From Bacilli bacterium (GTDB taxonomy: Bacteria > Bacillota_I > Bacilli_A > RFN20 > CAG-826): a DNA stretch of 64,000 nucleotides. A model generated the notes under the pieces. The model ran no database searches, was not told the DNA's origin, and saw nothing but the letters and a program-made list of their open reading frames with translations. A program made the translations under genes and the position numbers. Of the stretch, positions 30,791 through 40,993 are shown piece after piece (within the stretch, counting starts at the first letter, position 1; each line of letters starts with the position of its first letter). Where the stretch lies: positions 519,009-583,008 of the forward strand of contig JAVBTH010000001.1 in NCBI GenBank assembly GCA_031556235.1. Direction: 5' to 3'.

Positions 30791-31198
30791 CTACTTTTTA
30801 AAAACAAAAAACTTCATGTACAAGAATTCCGTGATAAAGTTTATCAACATACTGATTATGAGAACGAGTGTACCATTCCACCCGATTGCTTCCAGTTCCC
30901 CCCCTCCAATTGTGGAAAGTGGAGTAAAAACTAGGTAGTAACAAAGAACTTTAAGCATAGCAATTTTAATATTAGAAGCTGATTTAAAGGTAACTTTACG
31001 ATTTAAAGTGAAATTCCATAAGACGGATAAAGTTATGCTTATTACATAACTAACCATCCAAGGCCATTTAATTAAATCGAACATAAGTGTGAATGATAAG
31101 AATTGAATGATTCCAGCAGATAGCGAGAATAGTGTGAACTTAATAGCTTGAATAGTGGTAGTGTTAGACTTTTTTTCTGTAACTTCTGTGTTTTCCAT
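30791..31198 (-). CDS. GtrA-family membrane protein (glycopolymer synthesis/flippase-associated)
   Basis: 135 aa, 4 TM helices, with the conserved WNFxLNRxxTF motif. Confidence 0.7.
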   Translation of the reverse strand: MENTEVTEKKSNTTTIQAIKFTLFSLSAGIIQFLSFTLMFDLIKWPWMVSYVISITLSVLWNFTLNRKVTFKSASNIKIAMLKVLCYYLVFTPLSTIGGGELEAIGWNGTLVLIISMLINFITEFLYMKFFVFKK

Positions 31199-31280
31199 AA
31201 TGTGCTCTTTTCTTTAGTATATAATAACACTTTTTAACATATAGAAAAAGCCTAGATTAATGATAATCTAGGCTTATAAA

Positions 31281-32720
31281 CTATTTCTTTGCTTTCGGCT
31301 CTTTTTCTAATTTAGGCTCAACAATTTCGACGACTTCCGCTGGTGCGGTTTCTTTTCCTAAATAACTAGGAAGTTCTAATCCTGCCATTTTAAATATTTC
31401 ATTTAGTGGCGGAATTGATTTAAGTAGTGAAGAGGCGAAATTAGAAGTTGAAGATGTGCCTTCTTTACCGTTTGCACCACTATCCCAAACTGTGACTTTA
31501 TCAATTTTGAGATTTTTGATGGCGTCAACTTGAATTCTAACTAACTCTTCGATCTTATCAGAAATCATTAGCATTGCAGCTTCACTTGCGTGACCATTCG
31601 CGGCTTTAACAATTTCCATAAAACCTTCAGCTTGTTTAGTAAGTTTTGCTTGAATACCACGAGCTTCGGCTTCCATTTTGGCATAGATAGCATCAGCTTC
31701 ACCTTTTGCTAATCGTCTAATTTGTTCAGCTTTTGCTTCCGCTTCAAGCTCAAGTCTTTTCTTTTCAATTTCCATCTTGACGATGATATCAGCTTGTAAT
31801 GTTGCTTGTTCTCTAGAGGCACGAGCTTGTTCGGCTTGCATTTCAGCAGCATATGATTCTTCCAACGCTTTCGCGGTAGCGATTTTTTCAGCAGCAGTCG
31901 CAATTCTTAAAGATTCAGCTTCAATTTCACGACGTTTTGCGTTTGATTGAGAAATATTTGCTAAAGCGGTATTTTCACCACGGATTGCAATTGAGTTAGC
32001 TTCCGCGACAGAAACACGTTGATCTTTTTCAGCATTTGCTTGACCAACAGATCCATCTCTATTTTTTTCCGCGACAGATGTTTTAGCATCGTTGATGGCT
32101 TTTGCAGCGGCTTCTTTACCAAGAGCATCAATATATCCAGATTCATCGGAAATATCGGTGACGTTAACGTTGATTAGACGAAGACCAATCTTTTTAAGTT
32201 CGGTTTCGACGTTTCTACTGACGGCATCTAGAAATTTATCACGGTCAGTATTAATTTCTTCAATTTCCATGGTCGCAATTACAAGACGTAGTTGACCGAA
32301 AATAATATCTTTTGCGAGTTCTTGTACATCATTTAATCTTAAACCAAGTAGTCTTTCAGCGGCATTTTGCATAACGCCTGCTTCAGTTGATATACCAACG
32401 GTAAATCTTGAAGGAACATCAATACGAATGTTTTGTTTTGATAATGCGGCTTTAAGATCGACAGGAATAGACATAGGAGTTAAGTCCATGAACTGATAGG
32501 CTTGTACTAATGGCCAGACCATCGCGGCACCGCCATGAATACATTTTGCGCTACGTCTAACGCCATCTTTATTTGAACCAACTTTACCATGTATGACAAG
32601 AATTTTGTCAGAAGGACATTTTTTATAACGAGTTAGTAAGATAATAGCGGCTAATAAGATGACTGCTACTAGAGCAACTATTAGAAATGTTCCAGCAGGA
32701 GAAAGAAGTGTTATCGGCAT
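31281..32720 (-). CDS. floT: Flotillin-like SPFH/band-7 protein (FloT/YuaG-like)
   Basis: N-terminal TM, SPFH domain, and a long EA-rich coiled-coil. Paired with NfeD upstream. Confidence 0.8.
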   Translation of the reverse strand: MPITLLSPAGTFLIVALVAVILLAAIILLTRYKKCPSDKILVIHGKVGSNKDGVRRSAKCIHGGAAMVWPLVQAYQFMDLTPMSIPVDLKAALSKQNIRIDVPSRFTVGISTEAGVMQNAAERLLGLRLNDVQELAKDIIFGQLRLVIATMEIEEINTDRDKFLDAVSRNVETELKKIGLRLINVNVTDISDESGYIDALGKEAAAKAINDAKTSVAEKNRDGSVGQANAEKDQRVSVAEANSIAIRGENTALANISQSNAKRREIEAESLRIATAAEKIATAKALEESYAAEMQAEQARASREQATLQADIIVKMEIEKKRLELEAEAKAEQIRRLAKGEADAIYAKMEAEARGIQAKLTKQAEGFMEIVKAANGHASEAAMLMISDKIEELVRIQVDAIKNLKIDKVTVWDSGANGKEGTSSTSNFASSLLKSIPPLNEIFKMAGLELPSYLGKETAPAEVVEIVEPKLEKEPKAKK

Positions 32721-33322
32721 TATTTATTTTCCTTTCTTTTAACGACCACTCTGTCGAGGTCGTATGATTCTACAATAACTTCTGAACCAGTAGGAATTTC
32801 TTCTCCTTCGGTTACAGCGTCAATTTCGACTAGTCTTTCCTGAACAGTGACATGAACTTTACCTTTGCCACTTTTTTCTTTCGGAATCGTGAGATATACT
32901 GATGCAATTTGTCCAATTGAATTAGCATAGTCGACAGTACCATCAGATTGCATATCTTCCATTTTCTTGATAGCAAACGCGAATAAAATCATAACTATTA
33001 ATCCTGAAACAATTCCTAATAAGATAGAGAGCCAATAGTCGCCATTTTGTTCTCTAACAAGTAGAGCAACCCAAGGGCCTGTGGCAAGAAAGACTATAAC
33101 ATTTCTTACAGATAAGATGCGCATTCCGCCTATGTGTCCAAAAAAGGAACCTCCATTAGGATCAAAATCTACATCCATATCGCCAGCATCAAATTCAACA
33201 TCATTGTGATCAAAACCTATAATCATCAGAATAATTTGAATTATTAGTAATACTGTTGCGACGCCTGCAATTAGAAACAAAGCTTGAGAATAAGTCTCTA
33301 GACCTTTATACCATTCAATCAT
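32720..33322 (-). CDS. NfeD-family membrane protein (YuaF-like), flotillin partner
   Basis: 200 aa with N-terminal TM helices and a C-terminal OB-fold. Stop overlaps the floT start. Confidence 0.7.
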   Translation of the reverse strand: MIEWYKGLETYSQALFLIAGVATVLLIIQIILMIIGFDHNDVEFDAGDMDVDFDPNGGSFFGHIGGMRILSVRNVIVFLATGPWVALLVREQNGDYWLSILLGIVSGLIVMILFAFAIKKMEDMQSDGTVDYANSIGQIASVYLTIPKEKSGKGKVHVTVQERLVEIDAVTEGEEIPTGSEVIVESYDLDRVVVKRKENK

Positions 33323-33379
33323 TGCAATATATACCTCCTTAATATTTATATTAACATATTTCGATTTAAAGAATAAACA

Positions 33380-34933
33380 TTAAATTTTTGTTATTTGGAT
33401 AGTTGCTTGTGTGTTAGAAACGCTAGTCACAGAGATTGTATATCCGATAGTACTTCCATCGTTAAATTTTGTACCTTTAGTAAAGAAAGTTGTCGAAGGA
33501 GTAAAGGATTTTCCGGTTGTAAATAAAGTGGCGTTAGATGCTTTTCCATTATTTTTAAAAGTGTTTGAACCGCCTGCTTCAAGAAGGTGGACAAGTTTGT
33601 ATGTGCCGGCGGTAGTATCTGTTTCGCTCCATTCATTACTGTTAGCGGCGCCAACTGCGTAATGACCGGTATTATATTGTGCATCAGTTATGTTATCGAC
33701 ATAAGAACTGAAAGCGCCAGAGCTAGTTAATTTAACAGCGCGTGAGTCAATATGATAGATTTTAACACCTGGAATTGTATATCCCTTTAGATTATTTCCT
33801 GGATAAGCGGCAGCAGAGTCTTTTTGGTTAATACCAGTTGGGGTATAGAATTCAATGGCGATATACTCATCAAGCGCAGAGCCGTTCCAATTATCATTAA
33901 TGATGATACATTCACCAGTACTTTCAAATGGATTTAATGTAATGGTTGTAGAACCAGTTACGACATAAGGATATGTCCATTCCATTGCCATTTTTGAGTA
34001 AACATTATGATCTAAAATATTATTATCCATCATATCCAGTTGACCTGCGGCATTATAGTTATTGTCATATGGATAGTAATCATCAAGTCCGAGCATGTGC
34101 CCAGCTTCATGAATATAAGTGTGAGCATCAATACCTGAGGTGCCATAGCCATCATTCATAAATGTATAACTTGCCCACATATGAACATCGATGCTAGGTT
34201 TAGTTGAACTCGCGGCATTGCCAAGCCAATAAACCCAAGCCCAATAAGCACCACTACCAGTAGAACTATAGTTATTAGAATATATGAAACAAATACCATC
34301 CACTATGCCATCACCATCAGTATCATATTCTTTTAGTAAAGAGCTACTTGCGGAGGCATAGAATTCTTTTGCTATATAGTCTGGTGCATTATCTCCATAT
34401 CCATTAAGCGTTGTTGTGGAATATTTTGACACAAGAACGTTTGTTACTTCGCCAGTGATGTTAAGTTTTCCATAACTTGACGCTTTATAAAAGCTTGCGA
34501 CTGAGTGCCAACTTGTTTCACTTGCTTCACCAAAGAATGCATTGTCTAACCTAGTTAGCATCTCGGAGTTATAAACTGTACCATTTGATAATTGAACAGG
34601 AACAACTAGAATCTTACGATTTCCGACATGAGGCATACTTAGCATGCCGTCACTTCCGTTTACATCTCTGTTGTGGAGATTGTAACTTGTTGGAATGTAC
34701 CAGTTGTCTCCTTGTTGGCTAGTAGATGTAGATGTAGATGTAGATGTACTGACAGACACATTGGTTGCATTAGAAATTTCACCAACTGAATCAGATACAC
34801 TATCTACAGTAGACACATTTGATGAAGGTATTGATCCAATACTTTCATTGCCACTAGAATCTAACGCAGTACATCCCCCAAGTAGTAAAGCGGTTAAAAG
34901 TAGTGACGCGGATAATAATTTATTATTTTTCAT
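33380..34933 (-). CDS. Secreted zinc metallopeptidase lipoprotein (HEAGHxxGLxDxYY; M6/M64-like)
   Basis: Lipobox LLGGC. Ser/Thr linker (ST)5. Zinc motif YIHEAGHMLGLDDYYPYD. Confidence 0.65.
   Translation of the reverse strand: MKNNKLLSASLLLTALLLGGCTALDSSGNESIGSIPSSNVSTVDSVSDSVGEISNATNVSVSTSTSTSTSTSQQGDNWYIPTSYNLHNRDVNGSDGMLSMPHVGNRKILVVPVQLSNGTVYNSEMLTRLDNAFFGEASETSWHSVASFYKASSYGKLNITGEVTNVLVSKYSTTTLNGYGDNAPDYIAKEFYASASSSLLKEYDTDGDGIVDGICFIYSNNYSSTGSGAYWAWVYWLGNAASSTKPSIDVHMWASYTFMNDGYGTSGIDAHTYIHEAGHMLGLDDYYPYDNNYNAAGQLDMMDNNILDHNVYSKMAMEWTYPYVVTGSTTITLNPFESTGECIIINDNWNGSALDEYIAIEFYTPTGINQKDSAAAYPGNNLKGYTIPGVKIYHIDSRAVKLTSSGAFSSYVDNITDAQYNTGHYAVGAANSNEWSETDTTAGTYKLVHLLEAGGSNTFKNNGKASNATLFTTGKSFTPSTTFFTKGTKFNDGSTIGYTISVTSVSNTQATIQITKI
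34720..34752. repeat. Hexanucleotide tandem repeat (TAGATG)n, about 5 units, encoding the (ST)n linker of the metalloprotease lipoprotein
   Basis: Sequence ggctagTAGATGTAGATGTAGATGTAGATGtact, in frame on the minus strand. Confidence 0.8.
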
Positions 34934-35088
34934 TATTTTGTCCTCCTTTAGAACTTCCGTTTATTATTATAGTTGAAATTACCATAATGTGATATATGAA
35001 ACTCTGCTTTTTTACTATTAGAGAATAAGTTTCAGATAATATTCACATTCAAGTAGCAATGATATACACTTATAAGTAGGTGATTAAT

Positions 35089-36018
35089 ATGAAACTGAAA
35101 AAAATGATGATACTTGTCGTAATGCTCGTGCCTTTTTTGTTTTCTTGTTCTTCTAATCCTTCTGATGCATCTTATTCTAGTAATATGTCTGGTACTAGTA
35201 TTGAAACAAGCGAACCTATTTCAGAGAAAGAGTCTACAAGTGGCTTAACTAGTTCGCCTTGGAATGAAAAAACAAGGAACCAAATGCTAGGCGCACTAGG
35301 TTGTGAAATGCCATACATAAATGAGTTTGCTGAGAATTATCAAGTTATTATGGGGACAATGGCAGACTCCACCATTCCTTACGTCAATCTTTATGTGGAG
35401 GGGGCATCAAACTGGGTTAATTCATATAAAACTGCTTTGATTAAAGAAGGGTATTTATATGATTCTGAAGACTTTGACGATGGCGTTACGTGGTACAATT
35501 ACTATAAAAATATATCAATTGGTAGGGACTTAGACATTAGATTTGCCTTTTACTACAATGAGGGAAGTAATTGGTTTGATGTCTATGGAAACTTGTCGAC
35601 TGGAGGGGGAGGATTAGACATACCCGATACCGCTGATTACAAACTATTGCCGGATATCTTTGGGCTAACTAGCGATCCATATAAAACAGGAGAACAAGTT
35701 TTAGAAATTGAAGATTTATCGCTAACATATTTGGATGTTAAAAGTCAGTTGATAAATAAGGTTAAACAAATCCAGTTTAAAAAAGGAAGCGGGTGTATTT
35801 ACAATAATTTAGCTATGTCGCCGATTAGTCTTATTTATTTAGAAGACGCCAATAATTATACTAACTTTAGGGTTTATGGCGGAAATTCACTAGCAAATAT
35901 GACTTTAATTACAACTTATAATGGAGTGTATGGTCTAAATGGAGCAACCTACTTTAAGATTGAATCGGCAAATATTAATGTTGGTACGCTTACTTCAATA
36001 CAGATAGTATTACAATAA
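35089..36018 (+). CDS. Hypothetical lipoprotein
   Basis: Signal peptide plus lipobox LFSCSS. ATG at 35089 after an AGTAGGTGA RBS. No recognised domain. Confidence 0.55.
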   Translation: MKLKKMMILVVMLVPFLFSCSSNPSDASYSSNMSGTSIETSEPISEKESTSGLTSSPWNEKTRNQMLGALGCEMPYINEFAENYQVIMGTMADSTIPYVNLYVEGASNWVNSYKTALIKEGYLYDSEDFDDGVTWYNYYKNISIGRDLDIRFAFYYNEGSNWFDVYGNLSTGGGGLDIPDTADYKLLPDIFGLTSDPYKTGEQVLEIEDLSLTYLDVKSQLINKVKQIQFKKGSGCIYNNLAMSPISLIYLEDANNYTNFRVYGGNSLANMTLITTYNGVYGLNGATYFKIESANINVGTLTSIQIVLQ

Positions 36019-36032
36019 GAAAGAGGAAAAAT

Positions 36033-36707
36033 ATGGAATACAAAATATCAGGAAACACAATGCCGTTTTTAACGCTTAAAATGAATGCAGGAGAGCAGGT
36101 TTATGCTCAATCAGGTAGTATGGCTTGGATGTCTCCTACAATTAGTTTTCAAGCAAAGATGAAAGGCGGACTTTTAAAAGGTTTTGGACGTATGTTTAGC
36201 GGCGAATCAATGTTTCAGACTATTTTTACCGCTGATAGAGAGGGAGAACTGACTTTAACGCCATCAATGTGTGGGTCAATTAAAGCGATTGATTTGAATC
36301 AATGTCATTCTATTATATGTCAAAAAACTGCCTTCCTATGTGCACAAATGAGTGTAGACCAAAAAGTTGTATTTACAAAGAAATTTAGTTCCGGACTATT
36401 AGGCGGAGAAGGATTCGTTTTACAGGAATTTAGCGGTGGCGGTTTTGTTTTCTTAGAAGTCGTTGGAGAGCTTTTTGAGAAAGTATTAGAACCAGGCGAA
36501 AGCTTTATCGTAGATAATGGACACCTTGTTGCCTTCGAACCAAGCGTTAAATACAATGTAGAGATGAATAAAGGTCTAGGTAATATGCTTTTTTCAGGCG
36601 AAGGATTTACGGTTCTCAGAATGGTTGGACCAGGAAAAATAATTTTGCAATCGATGACTGCAGCGGGATTTGCCCAAACTATTCTCCCGTTTATACCAAG
36701 TAAGTAA
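36033..36707 (+). CDS. AIM24/TIGR00266 (DUF124) family protein
   Basis: 224 aa with the conserved family N-terminus (YAQSGSMAWMS) and Gly-rich repeats. Confidence 0.6.
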   Translation: MEYKISGNTMPFLTLKMNAGEQVYAQSGSMAWMSPTISFQAKMKGGLLKGFGRMFSGESMFQTIFTADREGELTLTPSMCGSIKAIDLNQCHSIICQKTAFLCAQMSVDQKVVFTKKFSSGLLGGEGFVLQEFSGGGFVFLEVVGELFEKVLEPGESFIVDNGHLVAFEPSVKYNVEMNKGLGNMLFSGEGFTVLRMVGPGKIILQSMTAAGFAQTILPFIPSK

Positions 36708-36729
36708 GTTTTAATAGATTACAAAAAAA

Positions 36730-36748
36730 GGGACGATCGTCCCTTTTT
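36730..36748. terminator. Bidirectional terminator (palindromic GGGACGATCGTCCC flanked by A and T runs)
   Basis: Perfect 14-nt palindrome with A7 upstream and T5 downstream. Serves the convergent AIM24 and rsmI genes. Confidence 0.8.
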
Positions 36749-36763
36749 GCTTTTAATCGAAAA

Positions 36764-37624
36764 TTAATTTAAGCGATTATTTGTAATAACAATTTTGTAG
36801 ATAGTGTTGCGGTTGATTTTGTATGTGTCACTAATTTCTTTAATCGCATCTTTTGTAGACATGCCTTGTGAGGTGAGTGCTTCAACATTTTTAATTATGG
36901 TTGTTGCATCAATGCTGATAGTACTTTCTAGCATTCCTTCGACTACTAACACCATTTCGCCTTTTAAAGTAGACTCATCCAATTCAATGGCGGATTTTAA
37001 ATCAATTCTTATAAACTCTTCAAATTTTTTGGTTAACTCTCTTGCGATGCAGATGCGACGGTTTCCTAGTATTTCAAATAGACTAGTGAGAGTTGAGAGA
37101 ATTCGATGCGGGGATTCATAAAAAATGATAGTCTCTTTTTTGTTCTTTAAACTTTCTAATTCGGAGTTTCTTGCACTATTCTTACTTGGCAAAAATCCAT
37201 GGAAATAAAAGTGATCAGTTGGTAGTCCTGAAGCGACTAAAGCGTTAAGCAGTGCACTCGGGCCGGAAACGCAAGAGATCTTAATTTCTTTTTCTAAAGC
37301 CTTTTGAACTAATCGACTGCCAGGATCAGAAATTCCAGGATATCCGGCATCACTAATGAAAGCAACTTTTTTATTTGCGAGTAATAATTCTATAATATAA
37401 TTACTTGCTTCATTTTCGTTATGCTCATGACAAGAAATTAAACTTTTTTTGATACCCAAAAGGCTTAGCAATGAACCACTAACGCGAGTGTCTTCACAAG
37501 CGATATAGTCCATTTCATTTAGTGTTTCTATAGCTCTAGGTGTTATTTCTTTTAAATTACCGATTGGAGTGGCAACCAAATATAGTAGAGGAGAGGTTCC
37601 TTCGAAATTGCATTCGCGTTTCAT
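36764..37624 (-). CDS. rsmI: 16S rRNA (cytidine1402-2'-O)-methyltransferase RsmI
   Basis: Tetrapyrrole-methylase fold (LYLVATPIGNLKEITPRAIETL...ACEDTR). Confidence 0.9.
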   Translation of the reverse strand: MKRECNFEGTSPLLYLVATPIGNLKEITPRAIETLNEMDYIACEDTRVSGSLLSLLGIKKSLISCHEHNENEASNYIIELLLANKKVAFISDAGYPGISDPGSRLVQKALEKEIKISCVSGPSALLNALVASGLPTDHFYFHGFLPSKNSARNSELESLKNKKETIIFYESPHRILSTLTSLFEILGNRRICIARELTKKFEEFIRIDLKSAIELDESTLKGEMVLVVEGMLESTISIDATTIIKNVEALTSQGMSTKDAIKEISDTYKINRNTIYKIVITNNRLN

Positions 37625-37635
37625 TGTTTGATACC

Positions 37636-38472
37636 TCAGTCATGTTTAATTAACTTCAATATAGTTTCTAAAGGTAAGAATTGTACGTCTCCTGGTTTTT
37701 CAATCTTGATCATTCTGTTTAAGACATTCATAGATCCAATGCGATATTGCTCGCCATTATAAATTAGTTTTTGACCAATTTTTGGGAATTGCTGTCTTAA
37801 TTCGGTGTAAGCTTCGTCCTCGTATTTTAAACAGCAAATGAGCTTTCCGCAATGACCAGAAAGTTTCGGAATATTTAAAGAAAGTAATTGGTTTTTAGCG
37901 CGATAAATAGATATACCATCAAACTCGTTTAAAAAAGTTGAGCAACATAAAGGAAGCCCACATATTCCTATTCCGCCAATTGATTTTGCTTTGTCACGGG
38001 ATCCAACTTGACGTAGGTCAATGCGACATTTGAATTTTGCCGCTAAAACCTTTAATAATTCTCTAAAATCTACACGTTCATCAGCAATGTAAGAGAAAAT
38101 TAGTTTGCTACGATCTAGAGTATACTCGCAAGAAATTAGGTTCATGTCGAGTTTTGTGTTCTCTATTTCATCACGACAAAACTTAAAGGCCGCTTTCGCA
38201 TCATTTATATTATCCTCATATGCTTTGAGGTCGCGTTCTGTCGCTCTTTTTTGAATTGGCTTAAGTTCAAGTGGTTGCTTGTAGGTAGACATTTCTAGCA
38301 GGTCCCCGCAAATTTCCCCAATTTCAGTTCCTCTTATTGTTTCTACAATACATTTGTCGCCAATTTTAAAAGTATCATCATCAGTGCAAAAAAAGTATGC
38401 TTTAGTCGCGTTATTTAATTTAACTGGAACATAAAACTTCATCGAATTCTTATTTATTTCGTCCATTGACAT
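37636..38472 (-). CDS. ricT: PSP1 domain protein RicT/YaaT
   Basis: PSP1 C-terminal domain with the Cys cluster (GICGLPLCCSTF ... CGKLICCL). Synteny after holB. Confidence 0.8.
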   Translation of the reverse strand: MSMDEINKNSMKFYVPVKLNNATKAYFFCTDDDTFKIGDKCIVETIRGTEIGEICGDLLEMSTYKQPLELKPIQKRATERDLKAYEDNINDAKAAFKFCRDEIENTKLDMNLISCEYTLDRSKLIFSYIADERVDFRELLKVLAAKFKCRIDLRQVGSRDKAKSIGGIGICGLPLCCSTFLNEFDGISIYRAKNQLLSLNIPKLSGHCGKLICCLKYEDEAYTELRQQFPKIGQKLIYNGEQYRIGSMNVLNRMIKIEKPGDVQFLPLETILKLIKHD

Positions 38473-39451
38473 TGTCTCCTTTCAAAATATAAATCATTAA
38501 GTGGTCAAGTAGAAGACCGCTATTAACGTTTAAGTCTATTTGAGATCTCACTAACATAATTTCTAATAAACTTTCTTGTAAATGTGAAAGCTTACTTGCA
38601 AGCTCATTTAATATAATAACATAACTTTGCAGTGTTATGCTTTGATCAATTTTAATATTTAATAAATCAGTGAAGGCAATTTGTAGCATATCAAGATAAT
38701 ATCTCAATGATTCTTTGCTTTTTAAAGTAGGAGTTATTGATTTATGCAGAATAGGAAATATAGCGTTTTTGCCATCGTTTAGAGCGTTTAATGTCTCTAA
38801 AAAACATTTTTTTGCTTCTATATAACTACTATCTTCTGAGGCATTTTTAAGTGCATGGGCTTCATAATAAAAATGCAATAATAACTCAACATCTTCAGAG
38901 TTGACGCCAATCTCTATTGATTCAATTTTTAGACTGCTCGCGTTCACTGCTTTAAACTTAAGGGTTTGTGAGCGAGAAATAATTGTTGGTAGAACTCTAT
39001 TTTCGTTTTCAGTAGTTAAAAAAGCATAGATATTCTTACCAGGCTCCTCTAAAAACTTTAATAGTGAATTAATAGCTTCGGCGGTCATATTTTCTACAAG
39101 ATGAATTATATAAATCATAATCTGTTTTTCTTCAATTGCGGTTTTATTAAAGCGATTTTCTAGTTCGCGAATTTCTTCTTTTTTTATGCTAGAAACGCTA
39201 CCATCTAAGACAATAATATCTGCGTAATTTTTTTCGTCTATCCGAATGCAGGACAAGCAATTATCACAAGCATAATCAATGCGATTTTCACAAATGAGTG
39301 ATTTGGCAAACAAGTATGAGATTTCTAATAATGGAATTCCTTGACTCCCAGAGAGCAAATAGGCGTGCGCTAAACGATCGTGATTGAGTGCATTCAAAAA
39401 AGTGCTATAAGCGATTTTTTGATGTTTTTCAAGATAGTTAGCGATGTTCAT
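38450..39451 (-). CDS. holB: DNA polymerase III delta' subunit
   Basis: AAA+ clamp-loader fold (HAYLLSGSQG and the CxxC zinc module). Sits after tmk. Confidence 0.75.
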   Translation of the reverse strand: MNIANYLEKHQKIAYSTFLNALNHDRLAHAYLLSGSQGIPLLEISYLFAKSLICENRIDYACDNCLSCIRIDEKNYADIIVLDGSVSSIKKEEIRELENRFNKTAIEEKQIMIYIIHLVENMTAEAINSLLKFLEEPGKNIYAFLTTENENRVLPTIISRSQTLKFKAVNASSLKIESIEIGVNSEDVELLLHFYYEAHALKNASEDSSYIEAKKCFLETLNALNDGKNAIFPILHKSITPTLKSKESLRYYLDMLQIAFTDLLNIKIDQSITLQSYVIILNELASKLSHLQESLLEIMLVRSQIDLNVNSGLLLDHLMIYILKGDNVNGRNK

Positions 39452-39455
39452 AGAA

Positions 39456-40079
39456 TTAATCCTGCTTTATTTTTTTATTTATTGCATCAATCGCAGCATT
39501 TACAACTTCTTGAAGTGATTTTGATGCATCAATTACTACATATCTCTCGCCATAAATTGTACTCAGTTTCAAGAAAGTTTTACGAACCTGCGTATGAAAG
39601 TCAATTTTTTCTAAATCTAGGCGATTAACTTCTCTATTTTTATTTGCGGCAATTCTTTTCAATCCATCTTCTGGAGCTATGTCAAAGAGCAATGTTAAAT
39701 CAGGATAAGTGTTCTCAGTTGCAAAAAGATTGACATTCAAAACTTCATTAATACCTAATCCTCTAGCGCCGCCTTGATAAGCTAAAGAGCTATCAAGATA
39801 GCGGTCACATATTACTATTTTACCCTCTTTCAATGCTGGCCATACTTTTTCAACTAAATGTTGACGACGAGAGGCAGCATAAAGAAGAGCTTCGGCTCTG
39901 GGATCTAAAGCGGTATTTTCTTTGTCAAGAATTACGTTACGAATTGCTTCCGCAATAGGTGTGCCGCCTGGTTCTCTAGTTAAAATGACATCTAAGCCAT
40001 TTTCTTTTAGTTTTTCAGCAACAAGTTTAGCGACACTTGTCTTTCCACTACCTTCTGGTCCTTCAAATGTTATGAACAT
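39456..40079 (-). CDS. tmk: Thymidylate kinase
   Basis: P-loop FITFEGPEGSGKTS and LID region. ATG at 40079 with an AAGGAG RBS, 4 nt after the recR stop. Confidence 0.9.
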   Translation of the reverse strand: MFITFEGPEGSGKTSVAKLVAEKLKENGLDVILTREPGGTPIAEAIRNVILDKENTALDPRAEALLYAASRRQHLVEKVWPALKEGKIVICDRYLDSSLAYQGGARGLGINEVLNVNLFATENTYPDLTLLFDIAPEDGLKRIAANKNREVNRLDLEKIDFHTQVRKTFLKLSTIYGERYVVIDASKSLQEVVNAAIDAINKKIKQD

Positions 40080-40083
40080 AATT

Positions 40084-40689
40084 TTACTCCTTAATAATTT
40101 TTGTGCGCCCATCGAGAGCTTTGCTTAAAGTCAGTGAATCGGCGTAATCAAGATGTCCGCCCATAGGAAGACCATAGGCTAAACGCGTGGTTTTTGTAGG
40201 ATATTCTTCAAGTAATTTTGCAATGAATAGGGCTGTTGTTTCGCCTTCAATCGTCGGATTAGTGGCAATAATTACTTCTTTGGTGTTTCCTAATGAAATC
40301 CTTTTTATTAACGAATCAATATTAAGTTCATCATAGCCAACACCTTTAACAGCGGAAAGCACTCCGCCTAGTACATGATATCTGCCATTAAAAGATTGTA
40401 ACTTTTCAAATGCAATGACATCTTTTTCAAAAGATACAACAATTAATTCTTCGTCAGTTCTTGCTGGATCTGCACATATCTCACACAAAGAATCTTCGGT
40501 GAATAGGCCACATATTGGACACTTGTGAATTTCTTGCTTAAGTTTTTTTAAAATATTGCCGAAATCATCCAAAACATTTTCATCCATTTCTAGAAGTGCG
40601 TACGCCATACGCTCCGCAGATTTAGTTCCAACGCTTGGCAATCTTTTTAAATGTTCGACAAGTGCGTTAATTGTCTTTAATTCTTTCAT
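40084..40689 (-). CDS. recR: Recombination protein RecR
   Basis: HhH, C4 zinc finger CPICG...CEIC, and Toprim domain. Confidence 0.95.
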   Translation of the reverse strand: MKELKTINALVEHLKRLPSVGTKSAERMAYALLEMDENVLDDFGNILKKLKQEIHKCPICGLFTEDSLCEICADPARTDEELIVVSFEKDVIAFEKLQSFNGRYHVLGGVLSAVKGVGYDELNIDSLIKRISLGNTKEVIIATNPTIEGETTALFIAKLLEEYPTKTTRLAYGLPMGGHLDYADSLTLSKALDGRTKIIKE

Positions 40690-40690
40690 A

Positions 40691-40990
40691 TTAAAAACCA
40701 GGCATTTTTGCGCTTACTTTATCATTTATGGCTTCAAATGCTGCATCAATTTGTTCAAGTGCGTTGTTTAAAGACATAGTAATTATTTCTTCAATCATTT
40801 CTTTGTCATCGGGGTTAAGCATGTCTTTATCAATGTCAATTTTCTGTATTTGACGTGAGCCAAGAACAGTTACAGTCACAGCTCCTCCGTTTGATGAGAC
40901 GACAAATTCTTTTTTTGCAAGTTCGTCTTGGGCTTTTTGCATTTCTCTTTGCATCTTTTGGGCTTGCGCCATCATTTGTTGAATATTCAT
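40691..40990 (-). CDS. ybaB: Nucleoid-associated protein YbaB/EbfC
   Basis: 99 aa (MNIQQMMAQAQKMQ...). Sits between dnaX and recR. Confidence 0.9.
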   Translation of the reverse strand: MNIQQMMAQAQKMQREMQKAQDELAKKEFVVSSNGGAVTVTVLGSRQIQKIDIDKDMLNPDDKEMIEEIITMSLNNALEQIDAAFEAINDKVSAKMPGF

Positions 40991-40993
40991 TTT

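Noticed and set aside
34695-34976. Plus-strand ORF containing a (VD)n repeat
   Set aside because: It is the antisense reading of the TAGATG repeat in the metalloprotease gene and has no independent support.
39380-40128. Small plus-strand ORFs (39380-39628, 39922-40128, 40556-40771) across the holB/tmk/recR region
   Set aside because: They are antisense to well-supported minus-strand genes with good RBSs.
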